In this document: positions 1 through 9,787 of the stretch, in pieces
How the letters are laid out: every line of letters begins with the position of its first letter
Numbering within the stretch: position 1 is the stretch's first letter
Assembly: GCA_965649215.1 (NCBI GenBank)
Contig: CBFGJZ010000009.1
Coordinates: 1-53,825 of the forward strand
Length of the DNA stretch: 53,825 nt
Direction: 5' to 3'
From: a candidate division WOR-3 bacterium
GTDB taxonomy: Bacteria > Hydrothermota > Tepidihabitantia > Tepidihabitantales > CAIPLT01
Program-made: the position numbers and the translations under genes
Notes under the pieces: model-generated
The model's input: only the letters and a program-made list of their open reading frames with translations
What the model was told of the DNA's origin: nothing
The model's database searches: none

Positions 1-2040
1 ATCATACCAACCTTGTCCATTTTGTGTGCCGGGACTCGCATTAACAGTTAAATAGAATTGGGTCTTCCAATTTGCGGTCGCAGTCTTAGGTCCATCCATT
101 AAAATCGGATCTGATGGCGATGTGCTACCAGTCGCATCGCCGGACCAATTCGTAAATACATACTGCGTTCCTGTCGGTCCTGCCACTGTCAATGGCGTCA
201 CTGTCGCATACGCATTCGTCCCTGAATCATACCAACCCTCGCCACCTGTCGTACCATATGGCGATGTCACAGTCAAATAATACTGAGTAATCCAAGTTGC
301 AGTTGCAGTCTTAGGTGCATCCATAGTGATTGGATCTGATGTTAAATTATTACCTGTTGCATCATCATCCCATCCTGCAAACACATACCGAGTTCCACTA
401 TTCGTGACAATTGAATCATCAACACTTGCATATGCCGTCGCACCGTCATTATACCATCCTTCGCCATTGGTTGTGCTATAATCAGAATTTACGGTTAGAT
501 AGTATTGAGCTGTATAATTTCCGGTAACTGAGCCAGCACCGCTAACGATAATTGTACCGCTCTTTGTTGAAGCCAAACCACTCGTCGAATTCCAAATATA
601 TCTTTTTCCCGTTATGGTTAAAGTATCATAATATTGAAATGAGTGCGAACTGCCATCTTCCCAATCAAATTGTATAGGTAAATCAGCATAAGAATAATCA
701 TTCCCATCAACATTCAAAATATTTCCTGTATAATCATTGCTTAAACCAGTTTGGTCAAAAGTAATTGTATAGGTTTGTTTTTCACCAATTTGAAAATCAC
801 TCATTGATGTCATTCCAGTTGCTTCAGTACTATTTGAAGTTCGTGTGCCAATAGTTGGGAAAGACCAACTGCTGCCATCTTTCTTAGCAATATAAAAATT
901 ATTTGTATTAGCTGACGGATCAAGATCAGAAGAGTTAAAAGTAAACACCGCATCATAGGAGGTAAAACCAACTCCCGAGTTAGTCAATGTCCAATAACGA
1001 TTAACACTTTTATTAGGGTCTACCTTTGAATTTGAAATATCAGGATGGTCCCCGGTCACTGCTTTTGCGATTAAATTACCTGCGGTGTTAACAGAAGCAA
1101 AAGTAATAGTAACTGGTGAATAATAATTTGTTCCAATTTCAAATGTTCTTGAAACTGATGAACCAATGCTAACATACTTCTGTAAATTGCCATCCACATA
1201 ACCATTGGTTCTTGTGAGAGTGCCACTTGATGCGATTGCTAATGTATAACTACCAGTATTTACAACGCCATTTACTAAATTGATCGAACTATTGATAGTT
1301 TTGTTTTCATTTAATGTTAAACCATTAGTATTATCAACAATAACACCACCTGATGCGGTAAATGGTGTGATAAATTCACTGCCTGTAGTTTGAGCACTTG
1401 AACCTTTATATTCTAAAGCAGCACTTGATCCATAAGTTAGAGTATAACCACCATTATTAAATGTCGCAGTACCTTGCATTGACAAAGTGCCGTTGACTGT
1501 TATATTCCCTGCTAATGTTTTTGTATTTGAGCCAGAAAGAACTAAATTATAATAGGGTTGGTTACCAAGATTAGCATAGGAACGAATTGTCTGAGCCCCG
1601 CCAGAATATTCAATTGTACCTGTACCGGGAGTAAAGGTATTTAAAAGAACAATATTAAATACACCACCGATTTTTAAAGTGCCACCCGATGCCATATTCA
1701 GACTACCTCTGCGTCCGGTTCCGTCCGTAGTACCGAGCACCACATCATCAGAAACCGTCAACTGACTACCCGAATTAAATTGGATAACACTTGTATTATT
1801 ATTAGTAGTGGGATAGACTTGTAATCTTTTACATTCCGCATTGGAAATATCCACGGTAACGGTGTGACTTGCTGTAATATGAGCAGTATCATTGGCAGTG
1901 GGAATTGGATTACCGCCCCAAGTAGATGTAGAACTCCAGTTACCACTTTGGGTGCTCGTTCTAATCACTGCGTTTATGGTTGTTATTGATCCAATCGTTA
2001 AAATAAACATAACGATTGCTATCAGTTTAACTTGTTTCAT
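1..2040 (-). CDS. Large secreted surface protein, 5' part only (runs off the window); paralog of 2231..8152, with beta-rich N-terminus and InlB-B/Flg_new-like repeats
   Basis: Not in the ORF track because it lacks a stop. ATG at 2040 preceded by GGAGGAATT. My translation begins MKQVKLIAIVMFILTIGSITTINAVIRTSTQSGNWSSTSTW and contains RTNGYVDGNLQKY, VNRYWTL and QYYLTVTSPYGTTGGEGWY, matching the next gene. Confidence 0.9.
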   Translation of the reverse strand, partial: MKQVKLIAIVMFILTIGSITTINAVIRTSTQSGNWSSTSTWGGNPIPTANDTAHITASHTVTVDISNAECKRLQVYPTTNNNTSVIQFNSGSQLTVSDDVVLGTTDGTGRRGSLNMASGGTLKIGGVFNIVLLNTFTPGTGTIEYSGGAQTIRSYANLGNQPYYNLVLSGSNTKTLAGNITVNGTLSMQGTATFNNGGYTLTYGSSAALEYKGSSAQTTGSEFITPFTASGGVIVDNTNGLTLNENKTINSSINLVNGVVNTGSYTLAIASSGTLTRTNGYVDGNLQKYVSIGSSVSRTFEIGTNYYSPVTITFASVNTAGNLIAKAVTGDHPDISNSKVDPNKSVNRYWTLTNSGVGFTSYDAVFTFNSSDLDPSANTNNFYIAKKDGSSWSFPTIGTRTSNSTEATGMTSMSDFQIGEKQTYTITFDQTGLSNDYTGNILNVDGNDYSYADLPIQFDWEDGSSHSFQYYDTLTITGKRYIWNSTSGLASTKSGTIIVSGAGSVTGNYTAQYYLTVNSDYSTTNGEGWYNDGATAYASVDDSIVTNSGTRYVFAGWDDDATGNNLTSDPITMDAPKTATATWITQYYLTVTSPYGTTGGEGWYDSGTNAYATVTPLTVAGPTGTQYVFTNWSGDATGSTSPSDPILMDGPKTATANWKTQFYLTVNASPGTQNGQGWYD

Positions 2041-2230
2041 AATTCCTCCAAGTTATTTTTTTAGCAAGTAATGATTAATGTTTAATAATAAACCATTATT
2101 GATAAGAGTAAATTTTTCTTGCTTAAAAATTTTCGCTCTTATCAACGGCTTCATTATATTTATATATCATTTCATTTCATTATATCTTTGTAAAATCTAC
2201 TGTCAAGTTTGTTGATAATTTTTTATTTTA

Positions 2231-5200
2231 TCAATTTATAATCAGTTTTAACTCCTCTTTTATATTATGGGTTTCATATTTTAAGAAATAGACGCCTTTT
2301 GTTAATCTTTCTGAGTTAAGAATTAATGTATAACTACCACTATCTATTCTCTTATCCAGTAAAGTTTCAATCAATTGACCATTCGAATTATAAAGTCTTA
2401 TCACAACCAAACCAGAAACAGGTACTGTATAACTAATAGTTGCAAATTTAGTAACCGGGTTGGGTGTGATTGTGAGATTTGCATGTCCTATTGAATTAAG
2501 TGAAGATGTTACCACACTCTTGTTGATAATAGGTTTAACCGATGTCGGTGATGTAGTCGGAGATATATAGCGCCAAAATTCTTGAGTATTATTTCCTTTT
2601 AATAACCAAATCTTACCCGCAGCGAATGCAAGTTGAGCACCAGTTTTAGGTACTGATTTCTTATATCCATCTTTTTTCGGTACATCTGCTAATTGTGTCC
2701 AATATCCACTATCACCAGGTGTATATGACCAAAATTCTGGTTTACCACCACCTTTAATGGCATAAAGAATTGTGCCATCTGAAGTCATTGAGCCACCATC
2801 TTTAATTTTCACTTTTTTACCTTCACTATTAACAATTGGTAATTGCTCTTTCTCTTGCCAGTTCCGTGTATTGATATTATAGACCCATAAAGGATTATAT
2901 TTATCTTTACCTTTTAGCGCATAAATTAAGTTATTAACCACAACGATTTCACTACCATCTCCCCATTTTTTGTTATTAGGTTCTACTGGCGCTTGTTGTA
3001 AGACACCCCAAGTATCCATATTAACATCATAAATATAGAAATTATCTAAGCCAACTTTGGCATTGCCGAGTAATAGATAGACAAAACCATTATGATAAGC
3101 AAGTGAAGTACCACCTTTTGGTTTCTGTTTATCTTTAGCACTTAATAGATATGCTTTAGGAATCCATTGATTGCTGTTGATATCATAAGCCCAGAACTCA
3201 TAAGTGCTATTTCCTTTAACTGCAAAAATACGATTATTATCATAGTCATAACAGAGCGCAGCACCTTTACCAACTTTCTTATTATTTATTTTAGAAGAGT
3301 CTAATGGTTGATTATATTTATATTTCAAACCATAAGGAATATTGGCAAGAGTCGTATCCCATACACCATTAGCATATTTGTATAATTTCCAAGATTTATT
3401 GCCATGGAAAGCATAAAGTGCATTACCAACTCCAACTAAAGAACCACCGTCTTTAACATATTTATTAGCTTTTAGAATATCTGATGCATGTGGAACACTT
3501 TCTTTTAATACCCATTCAGCAGTACCACTGAAAATAAATACCGCGGTCACATTTTTATCACCATCAATCAAAATTTGTTTTGGATTTTGATTACCTGACA
3601 CATCGCCTTGCCAATGACTAAAGATAAACTCGTCAGCAGGATAAGCAGTCATAGTCACAGTCGTACCATACAAGTATGACGCTTCGCCGGGCGGATCTAA
3701 AACTACATTTCCACTCCCCTCCGGAGTGATATTAACAGTTAAAGTATAGGTGTTCAACGCAAAATTCGCGGTGATATTCTTATCGCCATCCATTAAAACA
3801 TCTATGATGCTATCTGTACCTGTTGCATCACCACTCCAATGACTAAAATGATAACCATAAGCAGGCAATGCGGTCAAAGTAACAGTAGTACCATGGTCAT
3901 ATACCCCACCTGGTGGATTTAAAATAACATTACCTGATGCAGATGGATTGACAGTAACTGTTAAATAGCGCGGTATTAGAATTAAATTCCAACTTGCGGT
4001 TTGTGTAATGACACCATTCATCGTTATATTAGCAGGATTATTCGTTCCTGAATAACTGCCGTTACCGGTTCCAGTCCAACCATTAAAAACATAAATTTGT
4101 CCTGGACCAGGTTCTGGTGCAGTCGCAGATATTGGCACTAAGGTTCCAGCATTATACCAATGTGTTCCCACTGCAGGATTTGTTGTTCCTGCATTGGTCG
4201 CCATTGTTAATTGATATTGTAATATCCAAGATGCAGATTGAGTAATTGGACCATTCATCGTAATCTGGGCTGGATTATTCGTACCTGAATAACTACCACT
4301 ACCAACACCCGTCCAACCATTCCAAATATATTGCTCACCAGCTCCGGCAGTGGGCGCAGTCGCCTCTATCGGCACTATCGCTCCTTCATTATACCAATGC
4401 GTTCCAACTGACGGCGATGTCGTACCATAATTCGCTATCATCGTTAACTGATATTGCCTTATCCAATTCGCAGTCTGGGTGATCGGTGCGTTCATTGTAA
4501 TCTGCGCTGGATTATTCGTACCTGAATAACTACCACTACCAACACCCGTCCAACCATTCCAAATATATTGCTCACCAGCTCCGGCAGTGGGCGCAGTCGC
4601 CTCTATCGGCACAACTGAACCAATATCATACCAATGACTTCCAAGTGAAGGAGATGTTGTACCATAGTTAGCAGCCATTGTTAATTCGTATTGAGTAATC
4701 CAAGTTGCCGTGGCAGTTTTCGGTGCATCCATTAAGATTGGATCAGAGCGTTTATTTGTCCCACTGGCATCACCAGTCCATTGATTAAAGACATATCTCG
4801 TACCTGAACTACCAACAATCGAATCAATGACTTCAGCATAAGCAGTTGCACTGGAATCATACCAACCCTGTCCTGATTGTGTACCAGGACTCGCATTAAC
4901 AGTTAAATAGAATTGGGTCTTCCAAACCGCATTAACAGTTTTTGGATTATTCATTACAATGGGTAAAGGTAAAGCTGAAGCAGTTGTATCGCCTGTCCAA
5001 TAATCAAAAACATATTGTGTAAGTGGTGGGCCACTTACTGTGCTTGGTGTGACATTGGCATAAGCGGTCTGTCCCGCATTATACCAACCTTGTCCTGATG
5101 GAGTTCCGAATGGTGAAGTTACCGTAAGATAGAACTGTCTTATCCAGTTTGCAGTCTGCGTAATTGGTCCCATCATAATTATTGAAGTATCAATCACCAT

Positions 5201-8152
5201 TCCTGTATAACCATTACCAGTACCAGTCCATCCATTCCAAATATATTGCTCACCACTAACTGGAATTGGTGAACTTGCTGAAATATTAACTATTGATGAA
5301 GCATCGTACCAATGTGAACCAATTGACGGTGTTGTTGTACCATAATTGGCGGCCATGGTCAATTCATACTGGGTGACCCAAGTTGCCGTAGCGGTTTTCG
5401 GTGCATCCATTAAGATTGGATCAGAGCGTTTATTTGTCCCACTGGCATCACCAGTCCATTGATTAAAGACATATCTCGTACCTGAACTGCCAACAATCGA
5501 ATCAACGACTTCAGCATAAGCAGTTGCACTTGAATCATACCAACCCTGTCCTGATTGTGTACCGGGAGAAGCATTAATAGTCAGATAAAATTGAGTTTTC
5601 CAAACTGCAGTTGCGGTCTTAGGTCCGTTCATTAAAATCGGATCTGATGGTGAAGTACTGCCGGTTGCATCACCTGACCAATTTGTAAATACATATTGAA
5701 CCCCACTACCACCACTAACTGTAAGTGGTGAAACTGTAGCATAAGCATTGGTATTTTCAGTATACCATCCTTCACCACCCGTGGTACCAAAAGGTGAAGT
5801 TACCGTGAGATAATATTGTTTTATCCAATTCGCAGTTTGGGTAATTGCAGTCCACATTACAATTGAAGTATCTTTAACCATTCCGCTATAACCTGCACCC
5901 GTCCAACCATTCCAAATATATTGTTCACCACTACCAGCAGTTGGTGCTTGCGCTGAAATATCTACAGTTGTGCTTTCGTCATACCAATAACTGCCAACCG
6001 CAGGTGTGGTCGTACCATAATTAGACGCCATTGTTAAGAGATATTGCACTTTATAACTTGCATGAATTTCTCCACCGGTCGTTATCGTTATCGTATCTCT
6101 TTTCTTATTGGAAAGTCCACTTGTAGCGGTCCAGATGTAACGTTTTGTTGAATTAATATAGAGAGTATCAAAAAATTGGAAGGTATGAATTGAACCATAA
6201 TCCCAAACAAAACTGGGTAGATTATAGAAATAATACAAGTTACCGTCCACATTCAAAATTGGTGCAAAATGATAGTCGGTCCCAATACCTGTTTGTCTGA
6301 ATGTTACAGAACCTGGACTCGGTTCACCAATTGCAAAATCACTGAACGATGACACTGCCAATGCTTCAGTACTTGTGCTCGTTCGATTGCCCACATTCGG
6401 ATAAGTCCAATTAGGACTATCATACTTACCAACAATGAAGATTGCGGTATCAGCGCCGCTATCAAGATCATTTTCATTAAAGTTAAATACAATGTCACAT
6501 TCATCAAAAACGATTTTATCATCTTGATTTATCATCCAATAACGATTAACAGTCTGGGTATTATTAATAATTGAAGTATTTACATTTGGATGGTCAGTAG
6601 CAATGGCTCTGGCAATAATATTACCTGCGGTATTAACTTGATTGAAAGTAATATCAACTGGTGAATAATAGGTCTGACCAACTTCAAAAGTTTTACTAAC
6701 ATCATTGCCAGTATTTATGTATTTCTGTAAATAACCATTGATATAACCATTTGTTCTTGACACCGAACCGTTTTCATCAATAATCATCTTATTTGAATTA
6801 GTTGTAACAATACCATTGGTTAAAGTTAAAGTACCCCTTACAGTTTCATCATTTGCGAGAATAATACCTGCATTATTATTAATCGTCAGATTATTAAAAG
6901 TTGAAGCAGTACTGCCGCCAATCGTCTGCGTACTTGTACCATTGAAATAAATAGTACTTGAGCCAGCATTAAATGTTGACCCATTATTATAAAAATTACC
7001 TTTAAAATAATGGTTATAGGAACCAGCATTAAAAGTTGTGCCTGCTCCTAATGTGACATCGCCATTAACTGTTATCTGTTCTTGACAAGTTGCCGATGCT
7101 GTCCCTGCCATTGTGAAATTACCTTGAATGAGCATTGTGCTCGTAGGCATAGTTTTTGTACCTGTACCACTCAAAGTTAAATGACCATAGGGTTCACCAC
7201 TCACGGTTTGATTAGAACCGCCATAAATTACAGTACTGGTTGTACCAAAAAGTTTAGTTTGAAAACCCGTAACCATTCCCGTTGTTCCCAAAAGCAGAAA
7301 TGTCGCATTATTACCGACTTCAAAGGTTTTCGTAGCATTACCAACAATACTATAACCATTATTACTTAAAGTACCGCCTAAAATACGAATATTACCAGTG
7401 ACATTAGAAGTTGTAATCGGCGCGCTAATTGTTTTGGTACCATTATTACTAAAATTTAGATTATTATATTTGATCTCGCTGATGCCAATTGGGATTGTCT
7501 GGGCAGAAGTACCATTAAAATTAAAAGTGCTTGTGCTCCCGGGAGATATAGTACCACGATTGTAATCAATAATAAAATCACCGCCTAAATTAAAATTACC
7601 TGAACTTGTAATGTTAATTTGACATTGCGCGGGATGACTATTCGGAAGATTATAATAGTAGAGATCTCCTGAGACATTTACTGTACCTGTTGAAATTTGA
7701 ATAATTGTTTTACGGTTTATTTGAACATCGTTAACCCCTCTATTAAAAGTAAGTTTGCCTGTAATGTTAAGTGTTCCTGAACCAACATTAATTTGACGGG
7801 TATAAGAACTATTATTACCACCTAAAATAATGACATCTTGTGCGACATTTAACGTTGCGCTAGTATTAAAATTAAGGTAACATGAAAGAGAATTCAACGA
7901 ATCACCTAACTCTAAACGATAACAATACGCATTGTAATCATTTGGAATTGTGACTGTTTTATCAATAATATAAACTGTATCAGTGCTACTTGGAACTGAC
8001 GCACCAGGACTTCCACCAGATGTTGTTGACCATGTTGATGTTTGATCCCAGTTACCATTATCAACTGCATAACGACGACCTGCATAAGCAATATTGGCTA
8101 ATAGTAACGGTAAAGTTATAAGGATAATTAAATATATCTTACTGCTTCTCAT
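2231..8152 (-). CDS. Giant secreted repeat protein: beta-rich N-terminus, many InlB-B-like ~75-80 aa repeats, Kelch-like propeller, T9SS-type C-terminal domain
   Basis: Signal peptide after MRSSK (ATG 8152, RBS AAGGGGGAG; ORF track starts at 8179). Repeats of type QYxLT...GWY...YVFxxWTGDA...PKTATAxW; GGxL...YAxKGxxxxEFWxY blades; ends TPNP...LYNSNGQLI...KGVYFLK...KLIIN. Confidence 0.88.
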   Translation of the reverse strand: MRSSKIYLIILITLPLLLANIAYAGRRYAVDNGNWDQTSTWSTTSGGSPGASVPSSTDTVYIIDKTVTIPNDYNAYCYRLELGDSLNSLSCYLNFNTSATLNVAQDVIILGGNNSSYTRQINVGSGTLNITGKLTFNRGVNDVQINRKTIIQISTGTVNVSGDLYYYNLPNSHPAQCQINITSSGNFNLGGDFIIDYNRGTISPGSTSTFNFNGTSAQTIPIGISEIKYNNLNFSNNGTKTISAPITTSNVTGNIRILGGTLSNNGYSIVGNATKTFEVGNNATFLLLGTTGMVTGFQTKLFGTTSTVIYGGSNQTVSGEPYGHLTLSGTGTKTMPTSTMLIQGNFTMAGTASATCQEQITVNGDVTLGAGTTFNAGSYNHYFKGNFYNNGSTFNAGSSTIYFNGTSTQTIGGSTASTFNNLTINNNAGIILANDETVRGTLTLTNGIVTTNSNKMIIDENGSVSRTNGYINGYLQKYINTGNDVSKTFEVGQTYYSPVDITFNQVNTAGNIIARAIATDHPNVNTSIINNTQTVNRYWMINQDDKIVFDECDIVFNFNENDLDSGADTAIFIVGKYDSPNWTYPNVGNRTSTSTEALAVSSFSDFAIGEPSPGSVTFRQTGIGTDYHFAPILNVDGNLYYFYNLPSFVWDYGSIHTFQFFDTLYINSTKRYIWTATSGLSNKKRDTITITTGGEIHASYKVQYLLTMASNYGTTTPAVGSYWYDESTTVDISAQAPTAGSGEQYIWNGWTGAGYSGMVKDTSIVMWTAITQTANWIKQYYLTVTSPFGTTGGEGWYTENTNAYATVSPLTVSGGSGVQYVFTNWSGDATGSTSPSDPILMNGPKTATAVWKTQFYLTINASPGTQSGQGWYDSSATAYAEVVDSIVGSSGTRYVFNQWTGDASGTNKRSDPILMDAPKTATATWVTQYELTMAANYGTTTPSIGSHWYDASSIVNISASSPIPVSGEQYIWNGWTGTGNGYTGMVIDTSIIMMGPITQTANWIRQFYLTVTSPFGTPSGQGWYNAGQTAYANVTPSTVSGPPLTQYVFDYWTGDTTASALPLPIVMNNPKTVNAVWKTQFYLTVNASPGTQSGQGWYDSSATAYAEVIDSIVGSSGTRYVFNQWTGDASGTNKRSDPILMDAPKTATATWITQYELTMAANYGTTSPSLGSHWYDIGSVVPIEATAPTAGAGEQYIWNGWTGVGSGSYSGTNNPAQITMNAPITQTANWIRQYQLTMIANYGTTSPSVGTHWYNEGAIVPIEATAPTAGAGEQYIWNGWTGVGSGSYSGTNNPAQITMNGPITQSASWILQYQLTMATNAGTTNPAVGTHWYNAGTLVPISATAPEPGPGQIYVFNGWTGTGNGSYSGTNNPANITMNGVITQTASWNLILIPRYLTVTVNPSASGNVILNPPGGVYDHGTTVTLTALPAYGYHFSHWSGDATGTDSIIDVLMDGDKNITANFALNTYTLTVNITPEGSGNVVLDPPGEASYLYGTTVTMTAYPADEFIFSHWQGDVSGNQNPKQILIDGDKNVTAVFIFSGTAEWVLKESVPHASDILKANKYVKDGGSLVGVGNALYAFHGNKSWKLYKYANGVWDTTLANIPYGLKYKYNQPLDSSKINNKKVGKGAALCYDYDNNRIFAVKGNSTYEFWAYDINSNQWIPKAYLLSAKDKQKPKGGTSLAYHNGFVYLLLGNAKVGLDNFYIYDVNMDTWGVLQQAPVEPNNKKWGDGSEIVVVNNLIYALKGKDKYNPLWVYNINTRNWQEKEQLPIVNSEGKKVKIKDGGSMTSDGTILYAIKGGGKPEFWSYTPGDSGYWTQLADVPKKDGYKKSVPKTGAQLAFAAGKIWLLKGNNTQEFWRYISPTTSPTSVKPIINKSVVTSSLNSIGHANLTITPNPVTKFATISYTVPVSGLVVIRLYNSNGQLIETLLDKRIDSGSYTLILNSERLTKGVYFLKYETHNIKEELKLIIN
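4269..4612. repeat. 107-bp identical intragenic direct repeat (4269-4375 and 4506-4612), offset 237 bp
   Basis: Read base by base from gctggattattcgtacctg to cctctatcggcac in both copies; 237 bp = 79 codons. Confidence 0.9.
4700..5563. repeat. ~186-bp near-identical intragenic direct repeat (4700-4885 and 5378-5563), offset 678 bp
   Basis: Both copies run ccaagttgccgt...cggtgcatccattaagattggatcagagcg...tcctgattgtgtacc with about five substitutions. Confidence 0.88.
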
Positions 8153-8440
8153 TTTCTCCCCCTTCTGAGAATAATACATAATTTTTATATGAAGGTTTGT
8201 ATGTTTTTATTTTAAAAATTATCATTTTATATATCTATGGAATACCACTTTCCTTATTTTATTTTTATACTATAGCAATACTATCACAGAATGTAAAATT
8301 TTACTGTATCCGAATAAATTGTCAAGCAAAAAGTTAAAAAAAATATATTATAAAAATCGTGTTAAGTATTGAAAAATCAATGGATTTTAAGAAATTAAAA
8401 ATCCACTAACAAAATTTTATATTTTTTTTTAGGGGGGGGT

Positions 8441-8472
8441 AAAATAAAAGGGCAGGACTTAATTCCTGCCCT
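8441..8472 (-). terminator. Intrinsic terminator after 8491..9225
   Basis: AGGGCAGGA(8449-8457)/TCCTGCCCT(8464-8472) stem followed on the minus strand by a T-rich run. Confidence 0.8.
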
Positions 8473-8490
8473 CAAAGATTAATTGGTTTA

Positions 8491-9225
8491 TTAATAAACG
8501 ATATATAACAATTCGTTAGAATTAATCCAATCGAGTAAGTCTTTGTAGTATGCTTGATCAACGCCGCTACTCCATGCCGCAATACCATTGAGAATTACAG
8601 TTCCGATATTGAAAGTTTCATCAGCAGGATCATAGACACCATCCATATCAACGTCATACCAGACATCTCTTGTTGGGTCAAGGTAACCATGTAAAACATT
8701 CAATGAAGCGGTCAATAGTTGCATACCAAGTTTTTTCTGCATTGGATCTTTGGCTTTTGGCGTCAAATAGGTCTTTACTTGTGATTTAAATGTCGCTAAA
8801 TCAGTTTCATCAAAATAATCTAACCATGGTTCAACATCGTTCAATGCTACAGCATCATCAAGTGTTAATTCCATTAGACCAGCACGGTTTTTCCAATACC
8901 CTTGAGATTTTGCAGTGGTTACTTCTTCCATCTGTTGGTAGTTAGCAACGACGGTCTTATCTGCATCCATATAAACTGTCGTCGTTAATGAATATTCATC
9001 AGCAACATCGCCATCCCAGTCTGTAAAAACATACACATACATATCATAAGTCTGAGGTGAATATGCACTGACAGTCGCTTCACTACCTTCTTCATAAGAA
9101 CCAGCACCTGCCGGCGCCATCAAAACATCAGGATTGGCTTCGGTAGTTAATGTGTAATAAGTTTGTGCACTACCGATTGTTATTAGCCCTACTAAGGCTA
9201 TTAGCGCTAAGCATTTTCTTAGCAT
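8491..9225 (-). CDS. Secreted hypothetical protein with one InlB-B-like repeat and an acidic helical C-terminal region
   Basis: Signal peptide, RBS GAGGAGGAG, motif YTLT...GAGSY...YVFTDWDGD...MDADKTVVANY, then SQGYWKN. Confidence 0.8.
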   Translation of the reverse strand: MLRKCLALIALVGLITIGSAQTYYTLTTEANPDVLMAPAGAGSYEEGSEATVSAYSPQTYDMYVYVFTDWDGDVADEYSLTTTVYMDADKTVVANYQQMEEVTTAKSQGYWKNRAGLMELTLDDAVALNDVEPWLDYFDETDLATFKSQVKTYLTPKAKDPMQKKLGMQLLTASLNVLHGYLDPTRDVWYDVDMDGVYDPADETFNIGTVILNGIAAWSSGVDQAYYKDLLDWINSNELLYIVY

Positions 9226-9362
9226 TTACTCCTCCTCGTGTTTTTATTTTTTTTGATGCGATTCAGAGCATTGCTCTGATTTATTTATTACTGAACTAGC
9301 AAATCTTCGCATCAGAGATTAAGCTAGTTCATATAATGAATAAAATAACTACAACTTGATAT

Positions 9363-9390
9363 ATTTTAACATACAACATTTTTTTGTCAA
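9363..9390 (-). promoter_or_regulatory. Sigma70-type promoter for 8491..9225
   Basis: Minus strand TTGACA (9390-9385) and TAAAAT (9368-9363), 16-nt spacer. Confidence 0.55.
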
Positions 9391-9732
9391 GAATTAAAAA
9401 AAAAGAGAACTAAAAAAATACTTTAATTGCAAAAAAATTATCTTATAACTATTTAATAATCAATAATTAATACTTACTCGCAACTGACAGAGTGGTATAG
9501 TGCCCTGCTTGGCTTTAAAGATTTATATGAAACTATTTGACAAGGGTGACTTCTATTAGAGTCAAATTTCGCATTTTTAAATTTATAATTAAGTATTCAT
9601 TGCCTGATTTTTATATTTTTTATAATAACAGTTATGGGTTAAATAATAATGATTAATAGTTATCTTACCAATGCAAGTTATGATTTTAATTGCGTCATTT
9701 TCGGAATAGTCCGATAAATAGTGATATACTCC

Positions 9733-9769
9733 AAAAACAAAGGGGCAAGTTTATAAATTCACTTGCCCC
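9733..9769 (-). terminator. Intrinsic terminator after 9788..12625
   Basis: GGGGCAAGT(9742-9750)/ACTTGCCCC(9761-9769) stem followed on the minus strand by TTTGTTTTT. Confidence 0.8.
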
Positions 9770-9787
9770 CTATTTTAATAATTATTG

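Noticed and set aside
4000-6050. Periodic DNA repeats as CRISPR array or DGR template/variable repeats
   Set aside because: They are in-frame coding repeats without unique spacers. No cas or reverse transcriptase gene is present, and differences are not adenine-specific.
9708-9735. AGTCCGATAA resembling a XerC arm of a dif site
   Set aside because: No TTATGTTAAA-like XerD arm follows after a 6-bp spacer.
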